NCBI GenBank assembly: GCA_964016885.1
Contig: OZ024754.1
Location: 37,324,001-37,388,000, forward strand
Direction of reading: 5' to 3'
Source of the DNA: Eledone cirrhosa
Taxonomy: Eukaryota
DNA: 64,000 nucleotides
A program made the translations under genes and the position numbers. Numbering within the stretch: the first letter of the stretch is position 1; the number at the start of each line of letters is the position of its first letter. This document shows positions 12,981-26,532 of the stretch, piece after piece. Under the pieces are notes generated by a model. The model did no database searches, had not been told where the DNA came from, and saw only the letters and a list, made by a program, of their open reading frames with translations.

Positions 12981-13623
12981 TTTAGATAACATTTAATCCT
13001 ATCCATCTTGAATATTGGAAAATATCAGCTTATCAAAACTAAATTTTGTCTGTGGGAGCTATTTCCTTTGCTATTTTGTCAGAGAACTAAATGACACTAT
13101 ATAAGAGCAGCTTCCTAAATTGGTTTTGGTGTTATACAGCACAAGAGGTATTTATCTAATTAGCTACTGACATTAGATACACAATATTACATGCTACAGC
13201 TACATTATTATAATAGGATTGGAAGCTGGTGGCTTTGTTGGAGTTATATAGGTTTCACTCTTTGTTGGTGTATGTTTTTAATAATTTGGATATCAACGTG
13301 GCAAAGGAATCAATAAATGTGTCAAGCATATCAGAAATATAGTACATCCACAGAGGTCTCGATAATAAGGCGTTAAATGAGAAATGCTGTAATAATTTGG
13401 TATTAAGTTCTTCAGCCACACAACAGCTGCGCACCAGAGGCAGGCAACAATGCACTATTGTTAATTAGAATTGATAATATAATAAACTAGTGCATAATTG
13501 GTACGAGTTTTGTGCAACACCTGCTCACCTTTCACAGTCAAATACTTGCTTTGACATGGAAACAGTTGCACAAGTTTATACACATTATTCATATTATTAT
13601 TATCATTATTATTATCCAATTTA

Positions 13624-14240
13624 CGGTGGATTGGCAGTATCGGTAGAACGTCGGATGCCATGCTTTGCAGCATAGAGTTATGGCCCTTTATGATCAGAGT
13701 TCAAATCCCGCCGAGGTTAACTTTGTCTTTCATCCTTACGGAGTCGATAAAATAAAGTACCAGCCATGCACTGGGGCCCATTTTAATCGACTTTCCCCTC
13801 CCCCAAAATTGCTGGCCTTGTGCCTATATACGAAACCATTGGCAGTATCGGTAGAGGGTCGGACGTCATGCTTTCCAGCATAGTTACGTCCCTTTACGAT
13901 CTGAATTCAAATCCCGCCGAGGTTGACTTTGCCTTTCATCCTTACGGGGGTCGATAAAATAAAGTACCAGTAATGCACTGGGTGATTGCTGGCCTTGTGT
14001 CTAAAGTAGAAACAATTATTATTATTATCCAATTATATGCCAATAAGGGCGGTGGATTGGCAGTATAGGTAGAGGGTCTGACGCCATGCTTCAAAGCATA
14101 GAGTTACCTCCCTTTATGATCTGAGTTCAAATCCCGCCGAGGTTAACTTTGCCTTTCATCTTTACGGGGTCGATAAAATAAAGTACCAGTAATACACTGG
14201 GATAATTGCTGGCCTTGTACCAAAAGTAGAAACAATTATT
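13624..14240 (+). mobile_element. three head-to-tail tRNA-derived SINEs with Nin/Deu-like central domain
   Basis: TGGCAGTATCGGTAGAG (A box), GAGTTCAAATCC (B box), GCCTTTCATCC...GGGGTCGATAAAATAAAGTACC domain, (ATT)n tail; units start at about 13624, 13839 and 14047. Confidence 0.85.
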
Positions 14241-14521
14241 ATTATCCAATTTGCAGCTTTGCAGTGTTTAAGCAGGCAGATCAAATACATATGTAGAAAT
14301 AAATACAATCATTTCAGATAATCATTGTTGCTAGATTAAATTCTCCCAAGATTTTCCACCCAAACTTGTCTTTGATATTCTGTAAAAAGTTGAAGCTTCT
14401 CTCAAGTTTAGAAGCTAATCAACCTGAAGCCTATCCTGCTTTCAGTTGTGTTAAGTGATTGATATTACAAGTCTGTCGTGAGTATTGCTATAGGTACCTA
14501 GCTTAGTATATGTATATATAT

Positions 14522-14560
<39 letters not shown>

Positions 14561-14757
14561 AAAATAAAAGGTAGAGTTAATAATTCATATTGATACCCTG
14601 TAATTAACAAGCTCACACATATAAATACATATATATGCTCGAATATATATGTGTATTTTCATATATATACTCTAATATATATACACACACATATATATAT
14701 ATATATATACTCTAATATATATTTATACATATATATACTCTAATATATATATATATA

Positions 14758-14794
<37 letters not shown>

Positions 14795-15066
14795 TCATAT
14801 ATATATATATATACTCATATATATATATACTCATATATATATATATACTCATATATATATATATATATAAACTCTAATATATATATACTCATATATATAT
14901 ACTCTAATATATATACATATATATATTCATATATACACTCATATATATACTCTAATATATATACTTATTCATATATATATATATACATTTATATATTCAT
15001 ATATATATATATATCATCATCATCATCATACGTCCATCTGCCATGCTTTTCCCCACTTATGAATAT

Positions 15067-15141
<75 letters not shown>

Positions 15142-15164
15142 CATATATATATACACATATATAT

Positions 15165-15395
15165 ATTCATAAGTAGGGAAAAGCAAGCAAGATAAAATAT
15201 TAATGTACTTACTTGAGATGTCCCAACTGACTGCGGTTTCACCAGATGAGATCGACATTAGATATTCTAATAAGTTGGGATATTGGATATCAGGAGAACG
15301 ACAGCTCCTCGGGGGACTTGCTCACATCAAGAGGAATCTTTACATGACCGCTACATAGGATTTTTTTAAATGGGAAAAATGTCACATATCGACAC
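15165..15395 (-). mobile_element. PLE-like pLTR remnant carrying the 3' half of a hammerhead
   Basis: Minus strand GAAAC-CGCA-GTC-AGTTGGGA (15221-15240) followed by AAGTAAGT donor-like site; inverted end copy at 15045-15065; embedded in (TA)n. Confidence 0.4.
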
Positions 15396-15839
15396 ACACA
15401 CACACACAAACACACATACACACACATTAACAGAAAGCGATCAGTAGTTTCATGATAGAGTTTTAAAAAATAACCCAAAGATCATTGGACCATGTAAGAC
15501 TGTCAATCTTCAATGAAGGTTCCATAATTCATGTATATTTACGGGATACCAATTTATCTACAGTATATAGGCGGCGAATTGGAAGCCATTAGAGTGTCAG
15601 AATGCTTTATAGTATTCGTTCAAACTCTGTACTCTCTGAGTTCAAATCCTGCTGAGGTCAACTTTGCTTTTCATCCTTTCGGTGTCGATAAAAATAAATA
15701 CCAGTCTAGTACTGGGGTTGATTCTTCCTCTCTCTGGAAGAAATCTGCTGTACTGAGGCCTGGAGAGGGATGGGCTCTGCCAGGCTTATTTCCCAAGAAC
15801 CACCATATGTCAATTCAGCTCCCCTACGACTATCAGGAG

Positions 15840-16110
15840 TTACAGGACCATACATACATATTTGCAGGGCACTTTTAACAAACTACCCTATCTTGTGTGT
15901 TTACAGGACACTTACAATAGCAACCTATCTCATGTCTTTTTACAGGACACCTCCAACAAAAGTACTCTGTATATTTACAGCACAATTTCAATGAAAATAC
16001 CCTGACTCATGTCTTTTTACAAGACATTCAACGAATGTACCCTATCTCATGTATATTTACAAGACACTTAAAACATAGCTATACTGTCTCATGTCTGTTT
16101 ACAGGACATG
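15840..16110. repeat. diverged ~40-bp repeat (TTTACAGGACAC...CCCTATCTCATGT)
   Basis: About 7 degenerate copies; the upstream element at 15720-15830 is similar to 31070-31170. Confidence 0.65.
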
Positions 16111-16180
16111 TTTTCTTTTTAATGTTTTGCTGCTCTGCTCAGGTGTTACAAAGAGAACAAATCTATTAAACTCTATAGTT

Positions 16181-16915
16181 GTGTAGGCGCCACGGTAAAA
16201 AAGCACCCAGTACTCACTGTAAAGTGGTCATGTAGGCGCCATGGTAAAAAAAGCACCCAGTACTCACGTAGGTGCCATGGTAAAAAAGCACCCAGGACTC
16301 ACTGTAAAGTGGTCATGTAGGCGGCATGGTAAAAAAGCACCCAGTACTCACTGCAAAGTAGTCATCTAGGCGCCACGGTAAAAAAAGCACCCAGAACTCA
16401 CTGTAAAGTAGTCATGTAGGTGCCATGGTAAAAATGCACCCAGGACTCACTGTAAAGTGGTCATGTAGGTGCCACGGTAAAAAAGCACCCAGTACTCACT
16501 GTAAAGTAGTCATCTAGGCGCCACGGTAAAAAAGCACCCAGGACTCACTGTAAAGTGGTCATGTAGGTGCCACGGTAAAAAAGCACCCAGTACTCACTGT
16601 AAAGTAGTCATCTAGGCGCCACGGTAAAAAAGCACCCAGGACTCACTGTAAAGTGGTCATGTAGGTGCCACGGTAAAAAAGCACCCAGTACTCACTGTAA
16701 AGTCGTCGTGTAGGCACCATGGTATAAAAGCACCCAGTACTCACTGTAAATGAAGTTGGTATGAGGAAGGGCATCCAGCTGTAGAAACCAAACCAAAATC
16801 AGTTCCCGAATGAGCAAGACATGGTCACCCAACCTGGCATTGCCCACAACAGGACAACCCATCTAACCCATGCTAGCATGGAAGAATGGATGTAAAATGG
16901 TGATGATGATGATGT
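16181..16915 (+). mobile_element. RTE-tailed element with 49-bp unit expanded about 12x (16181-16750)
   Basis: Unit GTAGGTGCCACGGTAAAAAAGCACCCAGTACTCACTGTAAAGTGGTCAT, then GGAAGGGCATCCAGCTGTAG...AACCCATGCTAGCATGGAAG...(GAT)n. Confidence 0.85.
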
Positions 16916-17817
16916 CTAAGTTGGGGTGGTCACTTTCAAATCGATAAATTATAGAAGATTATTAGATAATAGTGTGGCTCTAATGTAAGATAGTGGGCCT
17001 TGACTATCTCAGTCCTTACCATCTACCCATACTGCACCAGAAACACGAGAACCAGCCAAAGATCAAACTCATAATATTCTATACTACTCCAAGTATTGGT
17101 TATAGTTGCTAATGTTGTTAATACAGTTAATCTTGTTGAAATTTTTCAAAATAGTCTCGTTTTCTCTCAGAAAATTGACATGTCTTCTTGTGAATTATGT
17201 ATATTCTTCTAAGAAATTGCATTTATTGTTGTTCTGTTTCTCATTTAGTCTTCATAGAAGTGTCTTTGAGTTCATTTAAGTTTTCTTCGATGTCTCAGCA
17301 TGGAGTAAGTAGCCATGTTGTTAATTTACAAGTGGAAGAACATTTTTTTTTTTTTCACAAACAGCCATTTATTTCAATAACAGGGTAAGAGAAGAGAATT
17401 CTAAATTCTAAATATTCTTCTTGCAAAGTATCTACATAAATTCATACTTTATAAATTCATTTGATATGCTCCAAACCCATGCTAGCGTGGAAGATGGACG
17501 TTAAACGATGATGATGATGATGTAGAGCGTTCACATAAAAGGTATAATTTTCCAAGTGATTGTGTCAAGTCTAAAGTGCTAAGAGTTGAGTGAGTACATA
17601 TCTGATAACAGAAAAAACAAAGATATCATTGTAATAATGGTGATGATGGTGATGATGATGGTGATGGTGATGATGGTGATGATAAGGATTGTTTCTACCT
17701 TTGGCACAAGGCCAGCAATTATCCCACTGCATTACTGTACTTTATTATATCAACCCATACGTACATATGTATATGTATATAGGTGTGTGTATATATATAT
17801 GTGTATATGTATGCATA

Positions 17818-17874
<57 letters not shown>

Positions 17875-17923
17875 ATATAAATATGTGTATATATATATAT
17901 GTGTGTGTGTGTATATAAATATG

Positions 17924-17956
<33 letters not shown>

Positions 17957-18535
17957 ATATATATATAAATATGTGTATATATATATACATGTGTGTGTAT
18001 ATATATATGTGTGTATATATATATAAACATATGTATGTATACATATATAAATATGTGTATGATGATGATGATGATGATATAAATAAATGTGTGTATATAT
18101 GTATACATATATATACACACACATACACATATATATATATGTATATAAATATGTGTATGTATATATATATATGTGTACATATATATATATGTATATATAT
18201 ACCCACACATATACACACACACATATATATATATATATACATACACACATATACACACATATATATATATATATAATTATATAATATATATGAGTGTGTG
18301 TGTGTGCGTGAGAGAGTATTGGTAATCAATTAACAACTATTTGTAAGCAAATAGAGAGCAGGAAATACTTCTCCTATTTGTTGGTGCTGCCATCTGTTAG
18401 GCTTATTTTTCATGAAATTTTTTTCCTTAGTTAGAAATAATTGATGCATCATGTTTCAACTGTTACTCACAAATAAGGAACTGAATAATAAATAATTGAC
18501 ATAAAGGCATGTAACTATGTCCCCCTTACCCACCT

Positions 18536-18577
<42 letters not shown>

Positions 18578-18637
18578 TATATATATAAAATAAAGTTAAA
18601 TAAAAAGTCAAATGATTAAAATTTAGCTTCGTTTATT

Positions 18638-18692
18638 ACTGCTATATATATTTCAGTGACAGCCATCTTTGGCTGTGACCTCTTCAGGCAGT
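18638..18692 (-). ncRNA. minimal type-I hammerhead ribozyme (family A)
   Basis: ACTGC-CTGAAGA-stem II (ACAGCCA aaga TGGCTGT)-GAAA-tatata-TA-GCAGT, followed by AATAAA. Confidence 0.8.
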
Positions 18693-18802
18693 TTGAATTA
18701 GTATGGTATAGACAAGTACATATGTTGTTGAGGTGTATAATATTGTCAATACTCTGATATGCCCAGTTCCTGGTTGTGTTGTTATTTCACTGAGGAATTC
18801 AA

Positions 18803-18857
18803 ACTGCCTGAAGAGGTCACAGCCAAAGATGGCTGCCACTGAAATATATATAGCAGT
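18803..18857 (+). ncRNA. minimal type-I hammerhead ribozyme (family A), inverted partner of 18638-18692
   Basis: ACTGC CTGAAGA ggtcacagccaaagatggctgccact GAAA tatata TA GCAGT. Confidence 0.8.
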
Positions 18858-18919
18858 AATAACATTTACACTACTCTGGAGTATATATAGCAGTAATAAC
18901 AATTACACTACTCTGGAGT

Positions 18920-19564
18920 AACCAAACCAACCTGCGCACTTCGTCGAGTGCTCCAGCCTGCATACTGAGGTGTTGGTATACAACCAACATAAACTCAAAA
19001 TCTATACCTATGGTAAGGTTTTGCGTATTCTTGTGTATGTACGTATCTGTTTGCGTGTATGTATTTATTTGCTTCTATTACTTCTGTATTGTATTTATTT
19101 ACTTTGTTCTTAACTCTGTAGCGGAGATTCATTTGGTCTCCTAGTTAGAATTTTAGTCTACGAATTCTGCTATACCATTTACATGGTTTTGTCTTTGCGT
19201 GCTTTGTTCTTCACGCTCCACATATGACTTATTATCTTCGTTTTTTCGTTCATTGCCAGAGAACGTCTCTATACACCACCTAAGAGAACATTAATCTACG
19301 ACCTCTATTAAACCATAAACGTGGTTCTGTCTTTGCGCGTAATTGTTTTTCACCGCTCCTATTAATGACGTATTATTCGTTTTTTCCCGTTCTTTGCCAG
19401 CGAACGTTTCCACGAACCAAAGTATCGTCTTCCTGTCTTCCTCCGGTGGCAACGTTTTTTGAAATATCCAGTTCTGCGTTTACAGATTGACTTTGTTAGT
19501 TTCAGAAGATCCCGTTAAGGGTGAAAGCAGCGATTCTTTGCTTAAACTTTAATCTGTTATTTTA

Positions 19565-19570
<6 letters not shown>
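18920..19570 (+). mobile_element. ~650-bp PLE/retrozyme-like segment ending in a hammerhead and AATAAA
   Basis: CpG-richer unique sequence; intron-like 19013-19121; diverged ~137-bp internal duplication; HHR-like 3' end before (TA)n. Confidence 0.45.
19482..19557 (+). ncRNA. hammerhead-like motif with extended helix I (family B; core CAGAAGA variant)
   Basis: ACAGATT..AGTTT CAGAAGA t-CCC gttaa GGG-t GAAA GCA..TGC TT AAACT..AATCTGT. Confidence 0.6.
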
Positions 19571-19597
<27 letters not shown>

Positions 19598-19600
<3 letters not shown>

Positions 19601-19965
19601 TCATCATCATCATCACCGTTTTACGTCCGTTCTTCCACGCTAGCATGGGTTAGACGGGTTGTCCTGTTGTGGGCAGTGTCTGGTCGGCTGACCATGCCTT
19701 GCTCATACAGGAACTGATTTGGCTTGATTTCTACAGCTGGATGCCCTTCCTAACACCAACCTCATTTACAGTGAGTGCTGGGTGCTTTTTTCCGTGGTGC
19801 CTACACGTCCACTTTACAGTGTGGGCTGGGTGCTTTTTTGCCGTGGCACCTCCACGACCACCTTGCGGTAGGGGGTGTGGGGGCATATTGTCCATATGCT
19901 TCAGCTTGTACCCACGGGAGGTCGGGTACTCTGTATTACTGCGTGACACCAGAGGTCACGGTCGT
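19598..19965 (-). mobile_element. RTE-tailed SINE/LINE 3' fragment
   Basis: (CAT)n...CCGTTCTTCCACGCTAGCATGGGTT...CTACAGCTGGATGCCCTTCC. Confidence 0.75.
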
Positions 19966-19986
19966 GTGTATATATATATATGTGAA

Positions 19987-20227
19987 GGTGTTAGGAAGGG
20001 AATCCAGCTGTAGAAAACCCGCCAGACAGTCCACGCTGTAATGTGGCCGTGTAGGCAACACGGTAAAAACCTCCCAGTCCCACACTGTAAATGTGGTTGG
20101 TGTTAGGAAGGGCATCCAGCTGTAGAAAACCCGCCAGACAGTCCTATGCGAGCAAGACAATCACTCTTGCCTCAAGTGGGAAAACCCCCGTCCAAACCCA
20201 TGCAAGCGTGGAACACGGACGTTAAAC

Positions 20228-20265
<38 letters not shown>
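19987..20265 (+). mobile_element. RTE-LINE 3'UTR fragment with internal duplication
   Basis: GGTGTTAGGAAGGG..TCCAGCTGTAGAAAACCCGCCAGACAGTCC twice; ends CCATGCAAGCGTGGAACACGGACGTTAAAC(GAT)n. Confidence 0.8.
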
Positions 20266-20267
<2 letters not shown>

Positions 20268-20571
20268 TGAAGGAACATGGCTTAGTGGTTAGAGCATTGG
20301 GCTTGCAATCGAAAGGTTGATGGATTTGTAGTAATCATACCTTAGCTTTAAGCAATAAACACACATTCTTTCTAGCTTAGGTTCTAAATTATGAAGTAGA
20401 TTCTTGTTTTTTTTATAAATGCCAGCACTGCATTGTACACTTTCCCACATGAATCTAATTAAAAATAATCAATCACTGTAAAAGGGTTTTAAAAAACAAC
20501 AATGAATTTGAGAATGATTGAAGGAAGTGCTTTAAAATTTCTTTCAAAAGTAATTTAGATGAGAAATAGTA

Positions 20572-20643
20572 ATTTGCATAATAGAATGTTAACGAAGTTT
20601 TATTTGCATATCGCAAAAGTAATTAGCGATGGAATATTTGCAT
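20572..20643. promoter_or_regulatory. cluster of three perfect octamer (ATTTGCAT) motifs plus TAATTA; candidate POU/homeodomain enhancer
   Basis: ATTTGCAT at 20572, 20602 and 20636 in non-repetitive sequence. Confidence 0.35.
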
Positions 20644-21041
20644 CTCATTTCAGTTCATCTCAATATAATGAGGGTTTCTTCACAATGAATGAATAAATGA
20701 ACATGTTCCTTCTTTACATAAACCTGCAATGTAATTACTACACTGGACTTTTGTGAGGTCATGCATGCTACATCTCAAGAGGCTGCATTTTTCAGCTTTG
20801 CATCTAGTAGCTTGTAAAGTAACTAAATACCTGTGCATGTGTGTGTGTATGTGTGTGTTTGTGTGTGTATGTGTGTGTGTAAGTGTGTATGATGTACATG
20901 TATATGTGCTCATATATAAACATATAAACACACATACATGAAGATGAAAACAAATATATATATATATATATACATGTAAATATATATATACACATATATA
21001 TACATAGATACGTACATACATACATATATACATATATATAT

Positions 21042-21078
<37 letters not shown>

Positions 21079-21199
21079 GTAATAATAATAAATTTGAAGA
21101 CTAAAATCCAAAGAGGGCTCGATAAGGATAAATATATATCAAATATATAAGAACCGTAGAGCAAATATTTATTAAAATATATATATATTACATAAATAT

Positions 21200-21232
<33 letters not shown>

Positions 21233-21424
21233 GATTCATCAAATCGGACCAAGGAAACAATGTTTCCATTGGTCTTTCCAATTGCTAATACTATCTATCG
21301 GTTGCAACTCCAGGTAGCAGGAGCCACATGAAATAAAGAGTCTTGCTCAAATAAATGTGTATATGTATATATACATACACACATACATATATATATATAA
21401 TATATATAAACATATATACATATA

Positions 21425-21725
21425 TTGTTATATTTGGGGAGGATCATATTGTTATAATATTGCCAGAAATAATAACAGAGCACACTCACTGTTAGGTTTG
21501 GGTTGGTTTTCGCTTCTGTATCTTTTATATCTCCAGAGTTAATTTATCTGGCAATCAATGTTTATCATTGAATCACTAACAGTTAAAAATACAGATATAA
21601 ATATATATATATATAGTCTATCAAAGTTCTTTCATCACACATCTGTGACATCATCAGTGGTACTGTTATGTTTCCTCCCAGTGTATTATAATGCATACAC
21701 CATTTTTATTTAGTTTAACAAATTC
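21425..21725 (-). mobile_element. PLE-like pLTR element (family C) with hammerhead at 21620-21661
   Basis: ACCA CTGATGA tGTCACA gatg TGTGAT GAAA gaac TT TGAT; ends ATG ATC CTC CCC AAA TAT AAC AAT (MILPKYNN). Confidence 0.6.
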
Positions 21726-22120
<395 letters not shown>

Positions 22121-22324
22121 TATACACACATATATACAAGTATATATATAATACACACCTGTATGTACAGACCACACCCTTCAATGAATATCTATATTCT
22201 ATATCTACTATTTTAATTTCTTTGAAAATACAATCCTCACCCACTACCTTCTCCCCCCCCCCCCACTCTTCCATTTTTGTGTATCTATATATCAATACTT
22301 ACACTGAGGTTTATTGATGTCTCA

Positions 22325-22401
<77 letters not shown>

Positions 22402-22493
22402 TATATATACACAGACATATATATATATACACACACACATACATACACACACACACACACACATATATATATACATACACACATACACACATA

Positions 22494-22675
22494 TCATCAT
22501 CATCATCATCATCATCAGGTTTAGCGTCCGTGTTCCACGCTTGCATGGGTTTGGACGGGGGTTTTCCCACTTGAGGCAAGAGTGGTTGTCTTGCTCGCAT
22601 AGGACTGTCTGGCGGGTTTTCTACAGCTGGATGCCCTTCCTAACACCAACCACATTTACAGTGTGGGGCTGGGAC
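22494..22675 (-). mobile_element. RTE-LINE 3'UTR fragment
   Basis: (CAT)n...GTGTTCCACGCTTGCATGGGTTTGGACG, same family as 27158. Confidence 0.75.
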
Positions 22676-22739
22676 ACATATATATATACACACACATACA
22701 CACATATATATATATATATACACACACACATACACACAC

Positions 22740-22820
<81 letters not shown>

Positions 22821-22927
22821 CATACACACACTCATATATATATACATACACACACATACACACACACACACACATATATATACATACACACACATACACA
22901 CACACACACATATATATATACATACAC

Positions 22928-22958
<31 letters not shown>

Positions 22959-23039
22959 TGTGAATGTAAGGTTGTTTTTTTTAAATGGATATTGTATAAA
23001 GGGACTTTTATATAATATCCAATAATATATATATATATG

Positions 23040-23295
23040 GAGTAGAGAAACACGATCAGGACAAAGAAGGGACATAGATGAGCATGAATTGATACTGAGG
23101 TCACAGGTTGTGTGATGAAAGACCTTTAAGAACCAACCAGTTATTAAACTAACTGGCGAAGGGATTACTTACTCAACTAATAATAAAACAGAAGGGAAAT
23201 CCAGATGGTGCATGTGTTGTATTTGTCAGCATGACCCTGCCAAAGTATAACAACATCTGTTTCAACACATGATTCCCTATCAAGTATCTTGCTTA
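23040..23295 (+). mobile_element. PLE-like pLTR element (family C), hammerhead core with 3-nt deletion
   Basis: CTGA(---)GGTCACAggttgTGTGAT GAAA gacc TT at 23095-23126; ATG ACC CTG CCA AAG TAT AAC AAC ATC TGT TTC AAC ACA at 23231. Confidence 0.6.
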
Positions 23296-23869
23296 ACAAT
23301 TACAAAAACGATTTTCATACATACATACATTGGAAATTACAAGTACAATCCATTATTGGAACAGTAAAAATATGTAAAACATTCCAAAAATTCTGCATCT
23401 AATAACTGCATATACACTTGTACAGATACAAAGCATATACACAGGCACACATACAACTCAAAACATACACATCCACACATACAATAACACCCATACCTGC
23501 ACACACAGATACATACATATATACCTAGTTGATGCTGTGTAAATTTCAATGAGAGAGTCTTGTGTCTATGTTAGAAACCAACTCTCTCTCTCTCTATTGG
23601 CAAAAATCTGTGAAATTATAAAACCAGAAGAACATACATACATACATACATGTATATAGACATATAATAGCTAAATAAATAAAAAAAAAATATATATATA
23701 TATACATACACACACACATATATATATATAGGTGTGCATGTGTAAATATAGAAAAGCTATTAGAATGATAGTTATTCAAATGCCATTGACTTCATAATAA
23801 TAGTTAGATTTGGGTCAGCAAGCATGAATCAACTTCGAACGACCAGTTCCTCATTAAAAGTCTATATAA

Positions 23870-24300
23870 AGTTTATTAACATGGGAAATCAGGAAAATGT
23901 TTGGTCTCACCATTATAAATCATGGCTCTTCTTTAACAATAATTCATATGAAAAATATCACAACAACTACAAAACACTCAAAATTTTGTACCATCTCCTA
24001 TCATTTATATCGATATCGAAGAAGTTTTGTGGAAAAAACAATGAGTTCTTTATTTATACATTGATATTTCATCAACTTTGAGCTATGGCTTCCTTGTTTA
24101 TTCTGTTACAGGGATATGTTGCCGAAATAATTGGAAGAATCAAGATTAGAGTTAAAATTAAAAGAAAACCACTAGTGTCTGAGAAAACTATAATAAAACA
24201 GAAAAGAAATCTTGATGGTGCATGTGTTGTATTTGTCAGCATGACGCTACCAAAGTATAACAATATCTGTTTCAACACATGATTTCTTAAAAAATACAGA
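23870..24300 (+). pseudogene. possible decayed PLE GIY-YIG C-terminus followed by pLTR start (family C)
   Basis: Frameshifted NHGSS-FNNNSYEK..T..SK and SKKFC...E..I loosely resemble the PLE endonuclease C-terminal region; ends in MTLPKYNNICFNT at 24241. Confidence 0.3.
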
Positions 24301-24857
24301 AAAAAAACAACCAAATCCCCCAAAACAAAACTGAAATGTAACAACAACAAAAATAATGATGATGATGATGATGACTCTGTCACAAGCCCAGAGGCACATT
24401 AGGTTAGTGCTTATCCTAGTTTCTGTGGTGCTAAGTGACTGACAGTACAATACTTCCTCCTTGATATGACACCAGTCCATTGCAGGATTAAACCCTCAGC
24501 TATTTTCAGCTGAGTATACTGAAGCAATGTGAAATGAAGTGTTTTGCTCAAGAACACAACACACAACCCATTCCAGGAATCGAACCCACAACATTGTGAT
24601 GAGTAGTCCAACATCCTTACCACTAGGTCAATAGTCTCCCCTCGCCTCCCCTCATAAATGAAGTTAAAATTTCCAAAAGAAGAAATGGTAGTTTTCAGTG
24701 GAGAGAGTTTTCAGGATTTTCTAGCCCCCTTTTCAGAAGAAAAAAAAAAAAAATCCAAACATTTAGATTGTTTTACTGTTTACCTAACTTTGATGTAGGA
24801 GCAGAAATGATTGGGTTGCTTTCAGAATATTTTATTACTATATTCCTTCCAAGAGCT

Positions 24858-25062
24858 GTGGATTGGCAGTGTCGGTAGAGGGTCGGACACCATGCTTTGC
24901 AGAATAGAGTTACGGTCCTTTATGATCTGAGTTCAAATTCCGCCAAGGTTAACTTTGCCTTTCATCCTTGCAGGGTTGATAAAATAAAGTACTGGGGTAG
25001 ATTTAATCGACCCCCCCCCCCTTCCAAATTGCTGGTCTTGTGCTTATATAAGAAACCATTAT
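24858..25062 (+). mobile_element. tRNA/Nin-type SINE
   Basis: Same head and central domain as the 13624 cluster. Confidence 0.8.
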
Positions 25063-25403
25063 TATATTCCTTCCAAAGAGAACTAAATTACTGGAATCAT
25101 TGGAGCATCAGACAGAACACTTTGGCATTTGTTCAAGCTTGCTACATTCTGAGTTCAAATTAAAATGAAGTACCACCAGACATGTTTTGGGATGGATATA
25201 ATCAACTTGCCTCTCCCCTCATATTGCTGTACCTAAAATAGAAACCTTTATTATATGAATTCCATGTGGTTGAACTTTAGATGTCCTTTGAATCATTTAA
25301 CTGTGTATATATATGTATATATATATGTATATATATATATATGTATATGTATATATGTATATATATATATGTATATATGTATATATATATATATGTATAT
25401 ATG

Positions 25404-25452
<49 letters not shown>

Positions 25453-25832
25453 GTGTATATATATATATGTATATATATATATATGTATATATGTGTATAT
25501 ATATATATGTATGTATATATATATGTATGTATATATATATGTATATATATATGTGTATATATATATATGTATATATATATGTGTATATATATATATGTGT
25601 ATATATATATATATGTATATATTTATATATGTATATATATATATGTATATATTTATATATGTATATATATATAGATAGATAAATATACACGGGTGTGTAT
25701 GATTGTGTATAGAAGATTATATTAATAAAAGGAATTCCAACTTTGTCTAATTTACTCGTTTTATTTACAATCCCTTAAAATTTATAATGGTATTAGAATG
25801 AAATAGTATGGTAGAATATTAAATGTTAAGTG

Positions 25833-25871
25833 TTAATATGTACTTTCATGCTTTCGCAATCTTCAGGTTCA
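25833..25871 (-). ncRNA. degenerate hammerhead-like motif
   Basis: TGAAC CTGAAGA t-TGC GAAA GCA-t GAAA gtac; U16.1 and stem I are decayed. Confidence 0.35.
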
Positions 25872-25905
25872 TAATGTGTGGTGACAGTCAAGTTTGCAAT
25901 TTTCA

Positions 25906-25987
<82 letters not shown>

Positions 25988-26340
25988 ATATGTATATATA
26001 TATATGTATAGATATATATGTATATATATATATGTATAGATATATATGTATATATATATATGTATATATATGTATATATATATATATATGTATATATATG
26101 TATATATATATATATGTATATATATGTATATATATATATATGTGTATATATATGTATATATATATATATGTATATATATATGTATATATATGCAGAGGTT
26201 ATATTTAATTTGTTGGGATACAACAAGCTAAAAATATTTTTATAACTGATATAAAGCACTCAACAAATTATTGGAGTAAATATACAATATATTAACAAAT
26301 GTATATATATATGTATATATATATGTATATATATATATAT

Positions 26341-26532
26341 TATAGAAAGGGCTTCTACAGGACTAGAACTGTTTCATTCGGGAGAAATCATCAGGGCTTC
26401 CTGATGATTTCTCCCGAATGAAACAGATCTAGTCCTGTAGAAGCCATTTCTATATTAAATATTTATACTCTGCTATGTATTGAGTACCTTACTTACTGTG
26501 GTTACCCGCAATTATTGAACCCGGAATAAACT
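26341..26532 (+). mobile_element. palindromic PLE-like element (family D)
   Basis: Inverted arms 26341-26394 / 26400-26454 plus tail GTATTGAGTACCTTACTTACTGTGGTTACC; in (TA)n. Confidence 0.75.
26395..26445 (+). ncRNA. type-I hammerhead ribozyme (family D)
   Basis: GGCTTC CTGATGA t-TTC tccc GAA-t GAAA CAG atctagtc CTG TA GAAGCC; GUA cleavage triplet. Confidence 0.8.
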
